Source of the DNA: a bacterium
GTDB lineage: Bacteria > CLD3 > SB21
Reading direction: 5' to 3'
Assembly: GCA_013360215.1 (NCBI GenBank)
Contig: JABWCP010000022.1
Span: forward strand, 1-61,942
Length of the DNA stretch: 61,942 bases
Part shown: positions 31,252-40,246 of the stretch, piece by piece
Layout of the letters: every line of letters starts with the position of its first letter
How positions within the stretch are numbered: position 1 is the first letter of the stretch
Notes under the pieces: generated by a model
What the model saw: only the letters and a program-made list of their open reading frames with translations
Databases searched by the model: none
Told to the model about the DNA's origin: nothing
Made by a program: the position numbers and the translations under genes

Positions 31252-31353
31252 TTACCGCCGAACTATGACGGCAACCATCGTCACTAATACCGCTACTAAA
31301 CCTAAAACTATCAGGCGTGTGGTATAGCGCACATATAGTGGTATCGTATTCAT
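31252..31353 (-). CDS. Putative 33-aa single-TM small protein
   Basis: AAGGAGGTG SD, then MNTIPLYVRYTTRLIVLGLVAVLVTMVAVIVRR*. Confidence 0.6.
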   Translation of the reverse strand: MNTIPLYVRYTTRLIVLGLVAVLVTMVAVIVRR

Positions 31354-31511
31354 ATTATCACCTCCTTCTATTCCAAGATAACTGTGTTTTATTATGCAAT
31401 TATTAGTGTTTTGTTAGAGTTTTATGATCTTGTAGCAATAAAAAACTTGCATTCGTTGTTTTTTTTCACACCACAAATTTAAAAAAACCTTATAAATGCA
31501 TGACTTACGCA

Positions 31512-31528
31512 TTGGCATCGCATTTGCA
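31512..31528 (+). promoter_or_regulatory. Sigma54 (-24/-12) promoter
   Basis: TTGGCATCGCATTTGCA; GG and GC at canonical spacing, ~60 nt before the start codon at 31591. Confidence 0.65.
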
Positions 31529-31590
31529 TCAATTCATGCGAATATGAAACTAAATCAAATTCATACATTAAAACTAAATCGGAGGGAAAA

Positions 31591-32256
31591 GTGAAAAAGA
31601 TACTATTAACCGTTGCGCTAATTCTCAAATTAGGCAATATCTCATCGCTCGTTGGTCAGGAAAATCAAGCTCGTATTGAAAGTAAGATTGATACACTCAT
31701 GAGCTACCAAAAAATGATCTACAGTGAAGTAAAAAAAGAAGATCCGTTAGCCACACGTGGTGCTGGGTTTGAAATAAATCCGGCACGTCTTCTTGTAATG
31801 TCAGACGATCGCCTTTCGATCAGCGGAACCTATTCTATGTTTGCCATAGATCGTCGCGCTGAAATCGCATTCCCTTTTCTTTACGAACAAGGTGACAAAC
31901 GTCACGGCTCGACACGCCTTATAAATTTAGATGCACAATATCGTCGTTTCCTCGGTGATCGCCAAGGCGGTCTTTATTTTAGCGGCGGCTTGCGTTTCAC
32001 AAGCCTCAAGGGATATGAGGGCGATGATTGGGCTTGGGACGACGTAGGAACAACAAATAAAGTCACGGAAAATAAACTGGGCGTTTTATGCGGCGTCGGT
32101 TATCGCTACTTTACGAAAAGTGGTTTCTTCTGGGGTACATCGCTCAGTGTCGGTCGTTATTTCAAATACAACGACAAATCCATTCAAGATAATGTCCTTG
32201 ATGACGGAAAGGTCATCGTTGACTTTGAAATTCTAAAATTCGGTTTTGCATTCTAA
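31591..32256 (+). CDS. Small outer-membrane beta-barrel protein
   Basis: GGAGGG RBS, signal peptide, alternating aromatic/Gly strands (GVGYRYF, GTSLSVGRYF), C-terminal KFGFAF. Confidence 0.75.
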   Translation: MKKILLTVALILKLGNISSLVGQENQARIESKIDTLMSYQKMIYSEVKKEDPLATRGAGFEINPARLLVMSDDRLSISGTYSMFAIDRRAEIAFPFLYEQGDKRHGSTRLINLDAQYRRFLGDRQGGLYFSGGLRFTSLKGYEGDDWAWDDVGTTNKVTENKLGVLCGVGYRYFTKSGFFWGTSLSVGRYFKYNDKSIQDNVLDDGKVIVDFEILKFGFAF

Positions 32257-32307
32257 ACTATATCATGTACGCTAAGATCAAAAGTATACTCTAAAAGGAG
32301 ACACATC

Positions 32308-32409
32308 ATGAATAATTCCGTTCAAAAATTAGAGTTGTATCCCCCTTTGATCATAGGATACATAACATTGAAAATAATTATCCTGACACTTTATCTCATA
32401 AGCTTGTAA
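32308..32409 (+). CDS. Putative 33-aa hydrophobic small protein
   Basis: AAAAGGAG RBS; MNNSVQKLELYPPLIIGYITLKIIILTLYLISL*; followed by terminator. Confidence 0.55.
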   Translation: MNNSVQKLELYPPLIIGYITLKIIILTLYLISL

Positions 32410-32435
32410 AATTTCCGGTTATCGCGTGATACGAC

Positions 32436-32470
32436 AAAAAAAGCGTCCTGCCTTTCGGTGGGACGCTTTT
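32436..32470. terminator. Bidirectional terminator
   Basis: AAAAAAAGCGTCCTGCC-tttc-GGTGGGACGCTTTT between convergent small ORFs. Confidence 0.8.
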
Positions 32471-32495
32471 ACCATTTTATTTTTTATTTAAATTT

Positions 32496-32648
32496 TCACT
32501 TATCCAAAAACGGTAACACACCTGCGGCTAAAGCTATGCCTCCCATGACAAAATGAATACCGTCAAATTTCAATCCAAGAATACTTATCAAACCTTCTCC
32601 GATCAGAAAAATACACAAAAGCAGCTGACTAAGCTTCATGCCTTTCAT
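32496..32648 (-). CDS. Putative 50-aa two-TM membrane protein
   Basis: GGAGAG RBS; MKGMKLSQLLLCIFLIGEGLISILGLKFDGIHFVMGGIALAAGVLPFLDK*. Confidence 0.65.
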   Translation of the reverse strand: MKGMKLSQLLLCIFLIGEGLISILGLKFDGIHFVMGGIALAAGVLPFLDK

Positions 32649-32693
32649 GGTGCTCTCCTAATGATTGGTTAATTCTATAAGAATGGATGATTG

Positions 32694-32719
32694 AATCTAA
32701 TGTACGAACGCATTAGATT
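32694..32719. promoter_or_regulatory. Inverted repeat between divergent genes (candidate operator)
   Basis: AATCTAATG-8 nt-CATTAGATT. Confidence 0.4.
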
Positions 32720-32740
32720 GCAACTTTAAATTGAAAAAAC

Positions 32741-33691
32741 ATGAATCGTACCGACCGACTTATAGCCATAGTGCTTTTACTGCACAGCCGTAAAATTATT
32801 CGTGCAAAAGATATTGCCGAACATTTTGATATTACGCTACGCACGGTGTATCGTGATATGAAAGCGCTCAACGAAGCCGGTGTCCCTATCGCAGCCGAAG
32901 CCGGCGAAGGTTATAGTTTGGTTGAGGGTTACCACCTTCCTCCCGTTATGTTTACTCACGAAGAGGCCGCCGCGCTTTTAGTCGGCTCTGAACTCACACG
33001 TTCTTTGACTGATGCTTCGCTTCAAACCCATATCACATCCGCATTGCATAAAATCCAGGCCGTTTTACCTCAGGATCGCAAAAACTATCTTGATAATCTT
33101 CGCGATGCTCTGCATATCGTAACTTATCCTTCACGTTTCAAAGAAGGTTTTCGGGATGATGTATTAAAAACCATACAAGATGCTATCGTTCACCGGCGTA
33201 TCTTAACGATCGAATATATCACCAATCGTGATGACCGTCAGTCCAAGCGAAATGTCGAGCCTTTAGGGTTGGTATATTATTCCAATTTTTGGCATCTGAT
33301 CGCCTATTGCCGCTTGCGCAAAGATTATCGCGATTTCCGCACCGACCGGATTACGGCAATTCAAGTCAAAGACGAATCGTTTGCTTCACGCGATGATTTT
33401 TCTTTAACCCAGTACCTTTCGCAAAGCCGTCCTGTTGAAAACTTGATCCAGGTTCGAGTCAAATTTACATACGAAGTAGTGTCATACGTGCGGGATCGAA
33501 ATTATTTCGGTATCGTGTCGGAAGAAAAAACCGAAGGCGGTGTTATTTTTACATTTCTCACTCCGGAGCTAAAATATTTATCCGGATGGCTTTTGGGTTA
33601 TGGTGAACACGCCGAAATACTCGAGCCGAAAGCACTGAAACAAATCATGTATGATGAAGCGGTCAAATTAACTCAAATGTATAAACCTTAA
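32741..33691 (+). CDS. YafY-family wHTH-WYL-WCX transcriptional regulator
   Basis: MNRTDRL...LRTVYRDM..L..AGVPI; WYL core RNVEPLGL..WHLIAYCRLRKDYRDFRTDRI; WCX WLLGYG..AEILEP. Confidence 0.93.
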   Translation: MNRTDRLIAIVLLLHSRKIIRAKDIAEHFDITLRTVYRDMKALNEAGVPIAAEAGEGYSLVEGYHLPPVMFTHEEAAALLVGSELTRSLTDASLQTHITSALHKIQAVLPQDRKNYLDNLRDALHIVTYPSRFKEGFRDDVLKTIQDAIVHRRILTIEYITNRDDRQSKRNVEPLGLVYYSNFWHLIAYCRLRKDYRDFRTDRITAIQVKDESFASRDDFSLTQYLSQSRPVENLIQVRVKFTYEVVSYVRDRNYFGIVSEEKTEGGVIFTFLTPELKYLSGWLLGYGEHAEILEPKALKQIMYDEAVKLTQMYKP

Positions 33692-33709
33692 AATTAAGAA
33701 CTACACTCC

Positions 33710-35134
33710 ATGGAATACATCAGCGTATTTGATATTTTCAAAATCGGCGTAGGTCCTTCCAGTTCGCATACGATGGGCCCTTGGCGCGCAGCGCAGCGTT
33801 TTTTGCGTGAATTGGATGATACCAATCGACTTTGCGATGTGACCCGTGTGCAGGCTCATCTTTATGGTTCATTGGCTAAAACCGGCAAGGGTCACGGCAC
33901 GGATATGGCTATCCTGCTTGGCCTTAGCGGCGAAGACCCCGTTACCACAGAAGTCGAATCCATCCCGTCGCGCATTGCTAAAATACGATCATCGCACAAT
34001 CTAGGTTTATTGGGCCAGCATCCTATACCTTTTGATACGGATCATGACATCGTTTTCCATTACGACGCTTCACTTCCCTTTCATGCCAACGGATTGCGAT
34101 TTGTCGCTCATTTTAAGGATGGAGCATTATTTGAAGAAATATACTATTCCGTCGGCGGCGGATTTGTCGTACGCGAAAATGATACTGAACACGATCCTTC
34201 CGGAATGCAAACCGTTCCTTTTCCGATCAATAACGGCGACGAACTTTTGCAGTGGTGCCGGGAAAAACGTTGGCCGATTTCTAAAATTGTTTTTGAAAAT
34301 GAAAAGGTTTTTCGCCGCGAAGATGCCATACACAGCGCGCTTTTGCGTATTTGGAAAGTCATGACCGAGTGTGTTTTCCGGGGTTGCCACACCGAAGGCG
34401 ATCTTCCGGGAGGACTCAAAGTTCAGCGCCGAGCCAGCGCGATGAATCGCCGATTGCTCAATAATCAGGATTATCCCACTCAGGAAGACTGGATTTCTGC
34501 CGTACAATCGGTTCCCAAATCGTTTCAGGATATGCTCAACTGGGTCAGTTGTTTTGCACTAGCCGTAAATGAAGAAAACGCAAGTTATGGCCGCGTCGTC
34601 ACGGCTCCCACGAATGGCGCGGCGGGCGTAATACCGGCTGTTTTACATTACTACCGTTATCTATGCCCTAATGTCCACGATCAAAGTGTCATACGTTTTT
34701 TGCTCACCGCAGGTGAACTCGGAAGTATATTCAAAAAAGGTTCCACGATTTCTGCCGCGATGGGCGGTTGTCAGGCGGAAATCGGCGTTTCTTCCGCCAT
34801 GGCGGCGGGCGCCCTCACCGAATGTATGGGCGGTAATCCTGATCAGGTATTGATGGCGGCCGAAATCGCGATGGAACACCACCTTGGTCTTACCTGTGAT
34901 CCGATCGGAGGCTTAGTGCAAATACCATGCATCGAACGCAATACGATGGGCGCGATCAAAGCCATTACAGCTAGTCAAATAGCTCTCAATAGCGATCCGA
35001 AAATGGCTAAAGTTTCCCTGGATGCAGTTATAAAGACGATGTGGCAAACTGCTAAAGATATGGATAACCGTTATAAAGAAACATCCGAAGGCGGATTAGC
35101 TACCAACGTCCCCGTCAATTTGCCGGAATGCTGA
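33710..35134 (+). CDS. sdaA: L-serine ammonia-lyase, Fe-S dependent, single chain
   Basis: [57 protein letters not shown]. Confidence 0.96.
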   Translation: MEYISVFDIFKIGVGPSSSHTMGPWRAAQRFLRELDDTNRLCDVTRVQAHLYGSLAKTGKGHGTDMAILLGLSGEDPVTTEVESIPSRIAKIRSSHNLGLLGQHPIPFDTDHDIVFHYDASLPFHANGLRFVAHFKDGALFEEIYYSVGGGFVVRENDTEHDPSGMQTVPFPINNGDELLQWCREKRWPISKIVFENEKVFRREDAIHSALLRIWKVMTECVFRGCHTEGDLPGGLKVQRRASAMNRRLLNNQDYPTQEDWISAVQSVPKSFQDMLNWVSCFALAVNEENASYGRVVTAPTNGAAGVIPAVLHYYRYLCPNVHDQSVIRFLLTAGELGSIFKKGSTISAAMGGCQAEIGVSSAMAAGALTECMGGNPDQVLMAAEIAMEHHLGLTCDPIGGLVQIPCIERNTMGAIKAITASQIALNSDPKMAKVSLDAVIKTMWQTAKDMDNRYKETSEGGLATNVPVNLPEC

Positions 35135-35153
35135 TAGTTGGTATTATATATGT

Positions 35154-35188
35154 AAAAAAACCCCTCCACATCCTGCAGAGGGGTTTTT
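35154..35188. terminator. Bidirectional terminator
   Basis: AAAAAAACCCCTC...GAGGGGTTTTT between convergent sdaA and the redox operon. Confidence 0.8.
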
Positions 35189-35238
35189 CATTAACTTAGA
35201 AATCAACCTACCGGGTATTGGCCGGCAAACCTGAAATA

Positions 35239-36414
35239 TCAGGAAACCAATTCGCGCTCAAAGAAATGTCCGGTAACCAAAGCCCAATCCTTATCTTCGA
35301 GTTGCTGCATTTCTCCGGTATATATATCACCCGGTTTGCCGTGGCCATTACCCTTTACCATCGTTTTTACTTCATTCTGATAATTCTGTAAATCTTCCTG
35401 ATAGAACTGCACCGCTGATTTTCCGATTTTGAGATGGCGAATGTCATCGTCCACGCGATCCGGATCAATAATGCAAATCCAGTTATTGTCATAAGGCGTT
35501 ACCAAAATACGGTCCGGATCTTTGACCAGTGCATGATTGATCTCTGTCACTTTACCGCTGACAGGCGACTTGAAATGAATAATGCGGTTGCCCTGCTTAA
35601 CACTAAATAGCGGTTGACCAACTTGAATATTCATTCCGCGATTTGGAAATTCGAATCCGTCAATTTTTCCTATCAGTTTTTTCGCAAAATCATCCATACC
35701 AACTTTGACATCGCCTTCGGTTTCCATACTGACCCAGCAATGATTGCGAGCGATGAACATACCGCCGGGAATCGTAAACTCTTTGGTCATAAATTGTTCG
35801 GCCCCATGCACGTGCGTGATATGCACTTTGGGCATCAATTGCTTTTGAATCCGATCTTGACGTTTGATAAGCGTTTTTCTCGTAAAATTGAGTAACTCCT
35901 CTTCCGTGAAAGGCTTCTGGATATAATCCATTGCACCAAATTTCATACATTCGACCGCCGACTCTACCGTAGCGTAGCCTGTAATGACAATAACATCCAT
36001 ATCAGGGCGCATTTCTTTGACGGATTTGACTACGTCCACACCATCCATAGCCGGCATTTTGAGATCGGTGAAAACGAAATCATAATGATGGGCTTGTACC
36101 AGTCCGAGCGCTTCCTGTCCCGTTTCGACGGTATCCACATTGTATCCGTCAATAACGAGTATTTTGCGAAAACTGTCTAAAATAACGGTTTCGTCATCCA
36201 CGCAGAGTATCCGCGCTTTGGGTGCAGGCACTTCGGCCCGCTTGAGGGTTTTTGCCTCTCGGCTGTAATCCATTCTGAGACTCACGGCAAGTGCTTCTTC
36301 CCGGAGTTTGCGCTGCTTTTCATCTTGCATTCGACGTACGATCATCCGTATCGCAATATCAAGTATGACGAAAAGAACTAAAGCAACAATGAGTAACGGC
36401 ATAGAAGCCTCCAT
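35239..36414 (-). CDS. Membrane-anchored response regulator: TM + REC + GcvH-like domain lacking lipoyl Lys
   Basis: N-terminal TM; REC ILCVDDE/FTDLKMP/ITGY/YIQKPF; H-protein fold HCWV..VKVGMDDFA..SPVSGKVTEIN..PYDNNWI. Confidence 0.85.
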   Translation of the reverse strand: MEASMPLLIVALVLFVILDIAIRMIVRRMQDEKQRKLREEALAVSLRMDYSREAKTLKRAEVPAPKARILCVDDETVILDSFRKILVIDGYNVDTVETGQEALGLVQAHHYDFVFTDLKMPAMDGVDVVKSVKEMRPDMDVIVITGYATVESAVECMKFGAMDYIQKPFTEEELLNFTRKTLIKRQDRIQKQLMPKVHITHVHGAEQFMTKEFTIPGGMFIARNHCWVSMETEGDVKVGMDDFAKKLIGKIDGFEFPNRGMNIQVGQPLFSVKQGNRIIHFKSPVSGKVTEINHALVKDPDRILVTPYDNNWICIIDPDRVDDDIRHLKIGKSAVQFYQEDLQNYQNEVKTMVKGNGHGKPGDIYTGEMQQLEDKDWALVTGHFFERELVS

Positions 36415-36450
36415 TCGTAGGTGATTGCTTTTAATGAAAATCGTATCCTT

Positions 36451-37242
36451 TTATAAACGATCCGAACTGCAGGATACCAATTTCGGCAGTTCGTATTCCA
36501 AATCCGTAGGAATGATTCGGTAAAACCATCCCTCGAAAAACGGATCTTTTTCAATTTGACTGGGTGCCTCGGTCAATTCTTCATTGACCTGAATAACCTG
36601 CCCGCTGAGCGGGCACATCACAGCATGCATCAATCCCCTCGCATCACGCATCTGTGCGCAGGAATTACCTTGATAAATATCGGACAGCATCGGCGTCAAT
36701 TCGATCGCCGTAAGGTTTTCCATTGCCTTAACAAATAAATCGGTTACACCGATTTTTGCCGTGCCGTCGCGCTCAGGATAGACCCAACTGCCGTAACCAA
36801 GACGATAATACCGTGAAGGACACGGGACGTACGGTAAAATATTCCCCGATTTATTTTCCGATGAAACGATCGTACCATAACGTAACCCGCGATACAAAGC
36901 CGATAATAGTTCGTCCGCAGTAAACGGTTTGGGTATAAAATCAATTGCACCTTCAGACAACGCATGTACGGCATTCTCGACGGTGGCGTATCCTGTGGAA
37001 ATAATTACACCCGATGTAATACCGCGTTTTTTTACTTCTGCCAAAAGTTGAAATCCGTCCATTTCGGGCATTTTGATATCACTGATGATCAGGCGATAAT
37101 CCTGTGACTCCATACGCTTTAACGCCTCGGCCGCCGATTCGGCACAGTCCACTTTCAGTCGCTCGGATGTACATGTTTTGTTGATCGCCGTCAAAACGAC
37201 GGGTTCATCATCGACAGCCAATATGTCTTTGATACTGCTCAT
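36451..37242 (-). CDS. Response regulator: REC + GcvH-like domain lacking lipoyl Lys
   Basis: REC ILAVDDEP/ISDIKMP/STGY/FIPKPF; H-protein fold GSWV..AKIGVTD..CPLSGQVIQVNEEL..P..IEKDPFFEGWF. Confidence 0.85.
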   Translation of the reverse strand: MSSIKDILAVDDEPVVLTAINKTCTSERLKVDCAESAAEALKRMESQDYRLIISDIKMPEMDGFQLLAEVKKRGITSGVIISTGYATVENAVHALSEGAIDFIPKPFTADELLSALYRGLRYGTIVSSENKSGNILPYVPCPSRYYRLGYGSWVYPERDGTAKIGVTDLFVKAMENLTAIELTPMLSDIYQGNSCAQMRDARGLMHAVMCPLSGQVIQVNEELTEAPSQIEKDPFFEGWFYRIIPTDLEYELPKLVSCSSDRL

Positions 37243-39113
37243 GATTTTACCGGTATACGTATCGTAAACGTCGTTCCCAGACCGGGAATACTTTCGACCG
37301 TTATTTTCCCGTCGTGGTTATCTATAATGCCCCAAATCACCGATAGGCCAAGCCCGGTTCCTTTTTGCCCTTTGGTAGTAAAAAACGGTTCAAAAATTCG
37401 ACTCATATCTTCGGGTGGAATTCCGATACCGTTATCGCGCACTTTGATTTCGACGAATTCACGGACACCGGCTTCATCCATGATCGGCCACTGCTGCCAA
37501 TCGCATCCGTTTCGCGTGCATCCCCTAAAGACACCTTTACCGGCGACCTCGAAACTATATGTCAACGCATTGCATTTAGGGCAACGTACGGATTCATTGA
37601 TGACGGACGTGAGGCATTGTGGGCATTGCAAACTCATTATATTTCCCGATAAAATACCATATTCGTGTTGATGGCTTCCGTAAATCGGATCAAGGTATAA
37701 AAAACCTTCCGCCCCTTCGCTTTTAGCCTTGAGGCGTATGGTCGGTAACCCGTTGATCTTAATATCAGGACTCATCAGGTTGTGATTTTTATTGCACAGT
37801 GCTTTACGAATTTGTGTTGTGCCGTAAGGCGAAAGATTGATTCGTGCAAGATGAATATGGATCGTACCGCCCGATTCGCTCATTGCGTCAGCCGCATTGA
37901 CCAAAAGGTTGATAAATACCTGCTGCATTTGATTGCTATCCACAACCACATGCGGCATATCCTCATTAAAGTTAGTTTCGACTTTGACGCGATGCAGACG
38001 CAATTGATTTTCGGTGACACTCAATGACCGGCGAATGATCTCACATATATCCGCCGCGCTTTTTTTGGGAACGGATTGCCGTGCAAAATCTAAAAGACTT
38101 TTGACGATTTCGCGGCTGCGAAGGGTTTCGCGAACGATGACTTTGAGGTCTTCCTGTATATCCGGTTGTGAAGCCGTGCGCTTCATCAAATAACTGCTGT
38201 ATGTCAAAACACCGGTGAGAGGATTATTGATCTCGTGCGCGACACCGGCGGCCAATCGTCCGAGCGAAGCCATCTTATCAGATTGGAAAAGCTGTAACCG
38301 CGCTTCCGCCATTTTTCGTGTCATGTGATTAAATGCCCGAGCCAATTGGCCTAATTCGTCGCTTCGGTTTTCAGGTAATGCATGATTGAGATTCCCGCCG
38401 GCGATTTCATGCGTCGCCGTAACCATCGTATGCACAGGGATTTCTACCCATCGGTACACAAAAATGCCGATGATACAACTGAGCGCGACAAAGGATACCA
38501 AAGCAAAAATCGTCATCTCCAAACGGCTCGACTGAACTTGTGCATCCACATCAGCTAAAGGAATCGTCACATCCAAAACACCGAGCACTTTTTGTTCGGG
38601 TTCATGCACGTGGCACGACGCTTCCCAGCACGACGCTTCGTTGTATATCGGATTGATAATACCCATAATCCGTACCGAATCCGGATGTAATCGGAAAACA
38701 CGCGTACGTTCACTGATCGTAAGACGTTCGATCGGTTTTTGATCCGAATGACACACAAAACAACTTTCCGCATTTTTATCCACCATCTTACCGATATCAT
38801 CCGGTTTGGATGAATAAACTATTTCGCCGGTTTTATTAAGCAGCCGGATGCGGTTAATACCGGGTTGTTCGCCAATGTCCCGAATCTGGCGATGAATGCG
38901 TTCACGTTGATTAAAAAGCATATCATGCCGCGTGCTGTACTTGACCGTTTCACTCAGTTGATTGGCGCGGCGTTCTACTTCGGCGAGCAGTACTTCGGTG
39001 TGCGAACGAATATTGAAATATGAAAAAACTCCGATGATGAGTATCGCCGTCACACCCACAACCAAAATGAGTCTGAATCCTATTTTATCCAGCCATGCCG
39101 GCATATTTACCAC
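37239..39113 (-). CDS. Sensor histidine kinase with periplasmic heme-c motifs, HAMP, HisKA and Cys-rich insert in HATPase
   Basis: 2 TMs; CFVCH and CWEASCH; HAMP; AAGVAHEINNPL; N-box QVFINLLVNA; insert with CPQC/CPKC/CTRNGC; DNGIGI, FEPFFTTK, GTGLGL. Confidence 0.92.
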   Translation of the reverse strand: MVNMPAWLDKIGFRLILVVGVTAILIIGVFSYFNIRSHTEVLLAEVERRANQLSETVKYSTRHDMLFNQRERIHRQIRDIGEQPGINRIRLLNKTGEIVYSSKPDDIGKMVDKNAESCFVCHSDQKPIERLTISERTRVFRLHPDSVRIMGIINPIYNEASCWEASCHVHEPEQKVLGVLDVTIPLADVDAQVQSSRLEMTIFALVSFVALSCIIGIFVYRWVEIPVHTMVTATHEIAGGNLNHALPENRSDELGQLARAFNHMTRKMAEARLQLFQSDKMASLGRLAAGVAHEINNPLTGVLTYSSYLMKRTASQPDIQEDLKVIVRETLRSREIVKSLLDFARQSVPKKSAADICEIIRRSLSVTENQLRLHRVKVETNFNEDMPHVVVDSNQMQQVFINLLVNAADAMSESGGTIHIHLARINLSPYGTTQIRKALCNKNHNLMSPDIKINGLPTIRLKAKSEGAEGFLYLDPIYGSHQHEYGILSGNIMSLQCPQCLTSVINESVRCPKCNALTYSFEVAGKGVFRGCTRNGCDWQQWPIMDEAGVREFVEIKVRDNGIGIPPEDMSRIFEPFFTTKGQKGTGLGLSVIWGIIDNHDGKITVESIPGLGTTFTIRIPVKS

Positions 39114-40246
39114 AACTTTCTCCCGGGTAAATCATTGGGATACATTTTATCATCATGACAAGGCGTGCATACAGGTTTTGCGGTATACTTATTTTTTGGA
39201 TGACAATCTTTGCACGACAATTCCAAATGATCTTCACTCAAAACCAATCCCGTGACCGCATGACGAAACGTCGTCATTGTCCACGCCGTGTGGCATGTGT
39301 TGCATTCGCGCGATAGACTTTTAAAGTTTTTGTTTGCCCCGTGACAATCCGAACAAATCAATCGTGTATGATAATTGGCCAAGGCCCAACCCGTACGCGT
39401 TCCGTGATCAAACGGCTGCAATTCTTTATTGCTATGACATTTGGTACAGTTGTCATCTTTATGACAATTAAAACAAGCGGCATGTTTTTCTTCTTCAGTT
39501 TTATGTACGACGTTTTGCACGAGCGGCTCGTTCATCGAACGTTTCTGATCATGGCACTTCACGCATGAGAGCTGTGAATGACACTGCCCGCAAGACACAC
39601 CGAATAACTGAGTATGATCTTTATGATAAAATGTAGCTACGCGCCCTTTCTCCGTATCGGTTTCATACACGATTTTCTCAGGTTCTTTGCGGGTGCGATG
39701 ACTTATGGCTAAAAGCGAATCTTTTTTATTTTTTTCACTTTGGCTTACGGCTGACTTTTTCAAATCATGACAGGAATTGCAACCCGCTTCCGCACTCCAC
39801 GTTTTATGACACGTGATGCACTGGCGATGATAAGCGGCTTGTAAAGCCGGTGTTGATTCCGGTTTATCTCGTTTGTCCTCTTTTTTTAAAGCATGGCAGG
39901 CCGCACACGATTGTACCGGGCCGGATGTATTGTAGTGATGGCAGCCGCCACACCCGCCCGACATGTCGTACATTTCGGCATGTCTTTTATGTGAAAAACG
40001 TACACCGGTGTATCGGTCACTGAGCCGATTGAGTTGAATAAATTCAGGAGCCGAATGTACGGACGCACGAATAGTGATCAGGTCTTCCCGAGGACAGTCG
40101 ATGAGGCATGGATCTTTGATTGTCGGAAATTCACACGTATGGCATGTTTTGCAAGGTAAGTTCGTTTTGTTATGCAACGGATTGCTTTTTTGTCCAAACA
40201 CCATCACAGTCCAAAACATCAGTATGAGGAAAATATTCTTTTTCAT
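39107..40246 (-). CDS. Multiheme cytochrome c (13 CxxCH), cytochrome c3-like domains
   Basis: Signal peptide; CKTCH, CGGCH, CAACH, CITCH, CNSCH, CGQCH, CVKCH, CFNCH, CTKCH, CSDCH, CNTCH, CKDCH, CTPCH; FSHKRH and FYHKDH distal-His motifs. Confidence 0.93.
   Translation of the reverse strand: MKKNIFLILMFWTVMVFGQKSNPLHNKTNLPCKTCHTCEFPTIKDPCLIDCPREDLITIRASVHSAPEFIQLNRLSDRYTGVRFSHKRHAEMYDMSGGCGGCHHYNTSGPVQSCAACHALKKEDKRDKPESTPALQAAYHRQCITCHKTWSAEAGCNSCHDLKKSAVSQSEKNKKDSLLAISHRTRKEPEKIVYETDTEKGRVATFYHKDHTQLFGVSCGQCHSQLSCVKCHDQKRSMNEPLVQNVVHKTEEEKHAACFNCHKDDNCTKCHSNKELQPFDHGTRTGWALANYHTRLICSDCHGANKNFKSLSRECNTCHTAWTMTTFRHAVTGLVLSEDHLELSCKDCHPKNKYTAKPVCTPCHDDKMYPNDLPGRKLW

Noticed and set aside
35239-37242. 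A glycine cleavage system (suggested by the H-like domains beside sdaA)
   Set aside because: No gcvP/T/L or lipoate ligase genes, lipoyl Lys absent, and sdaA is convergent and separated by a terminator.
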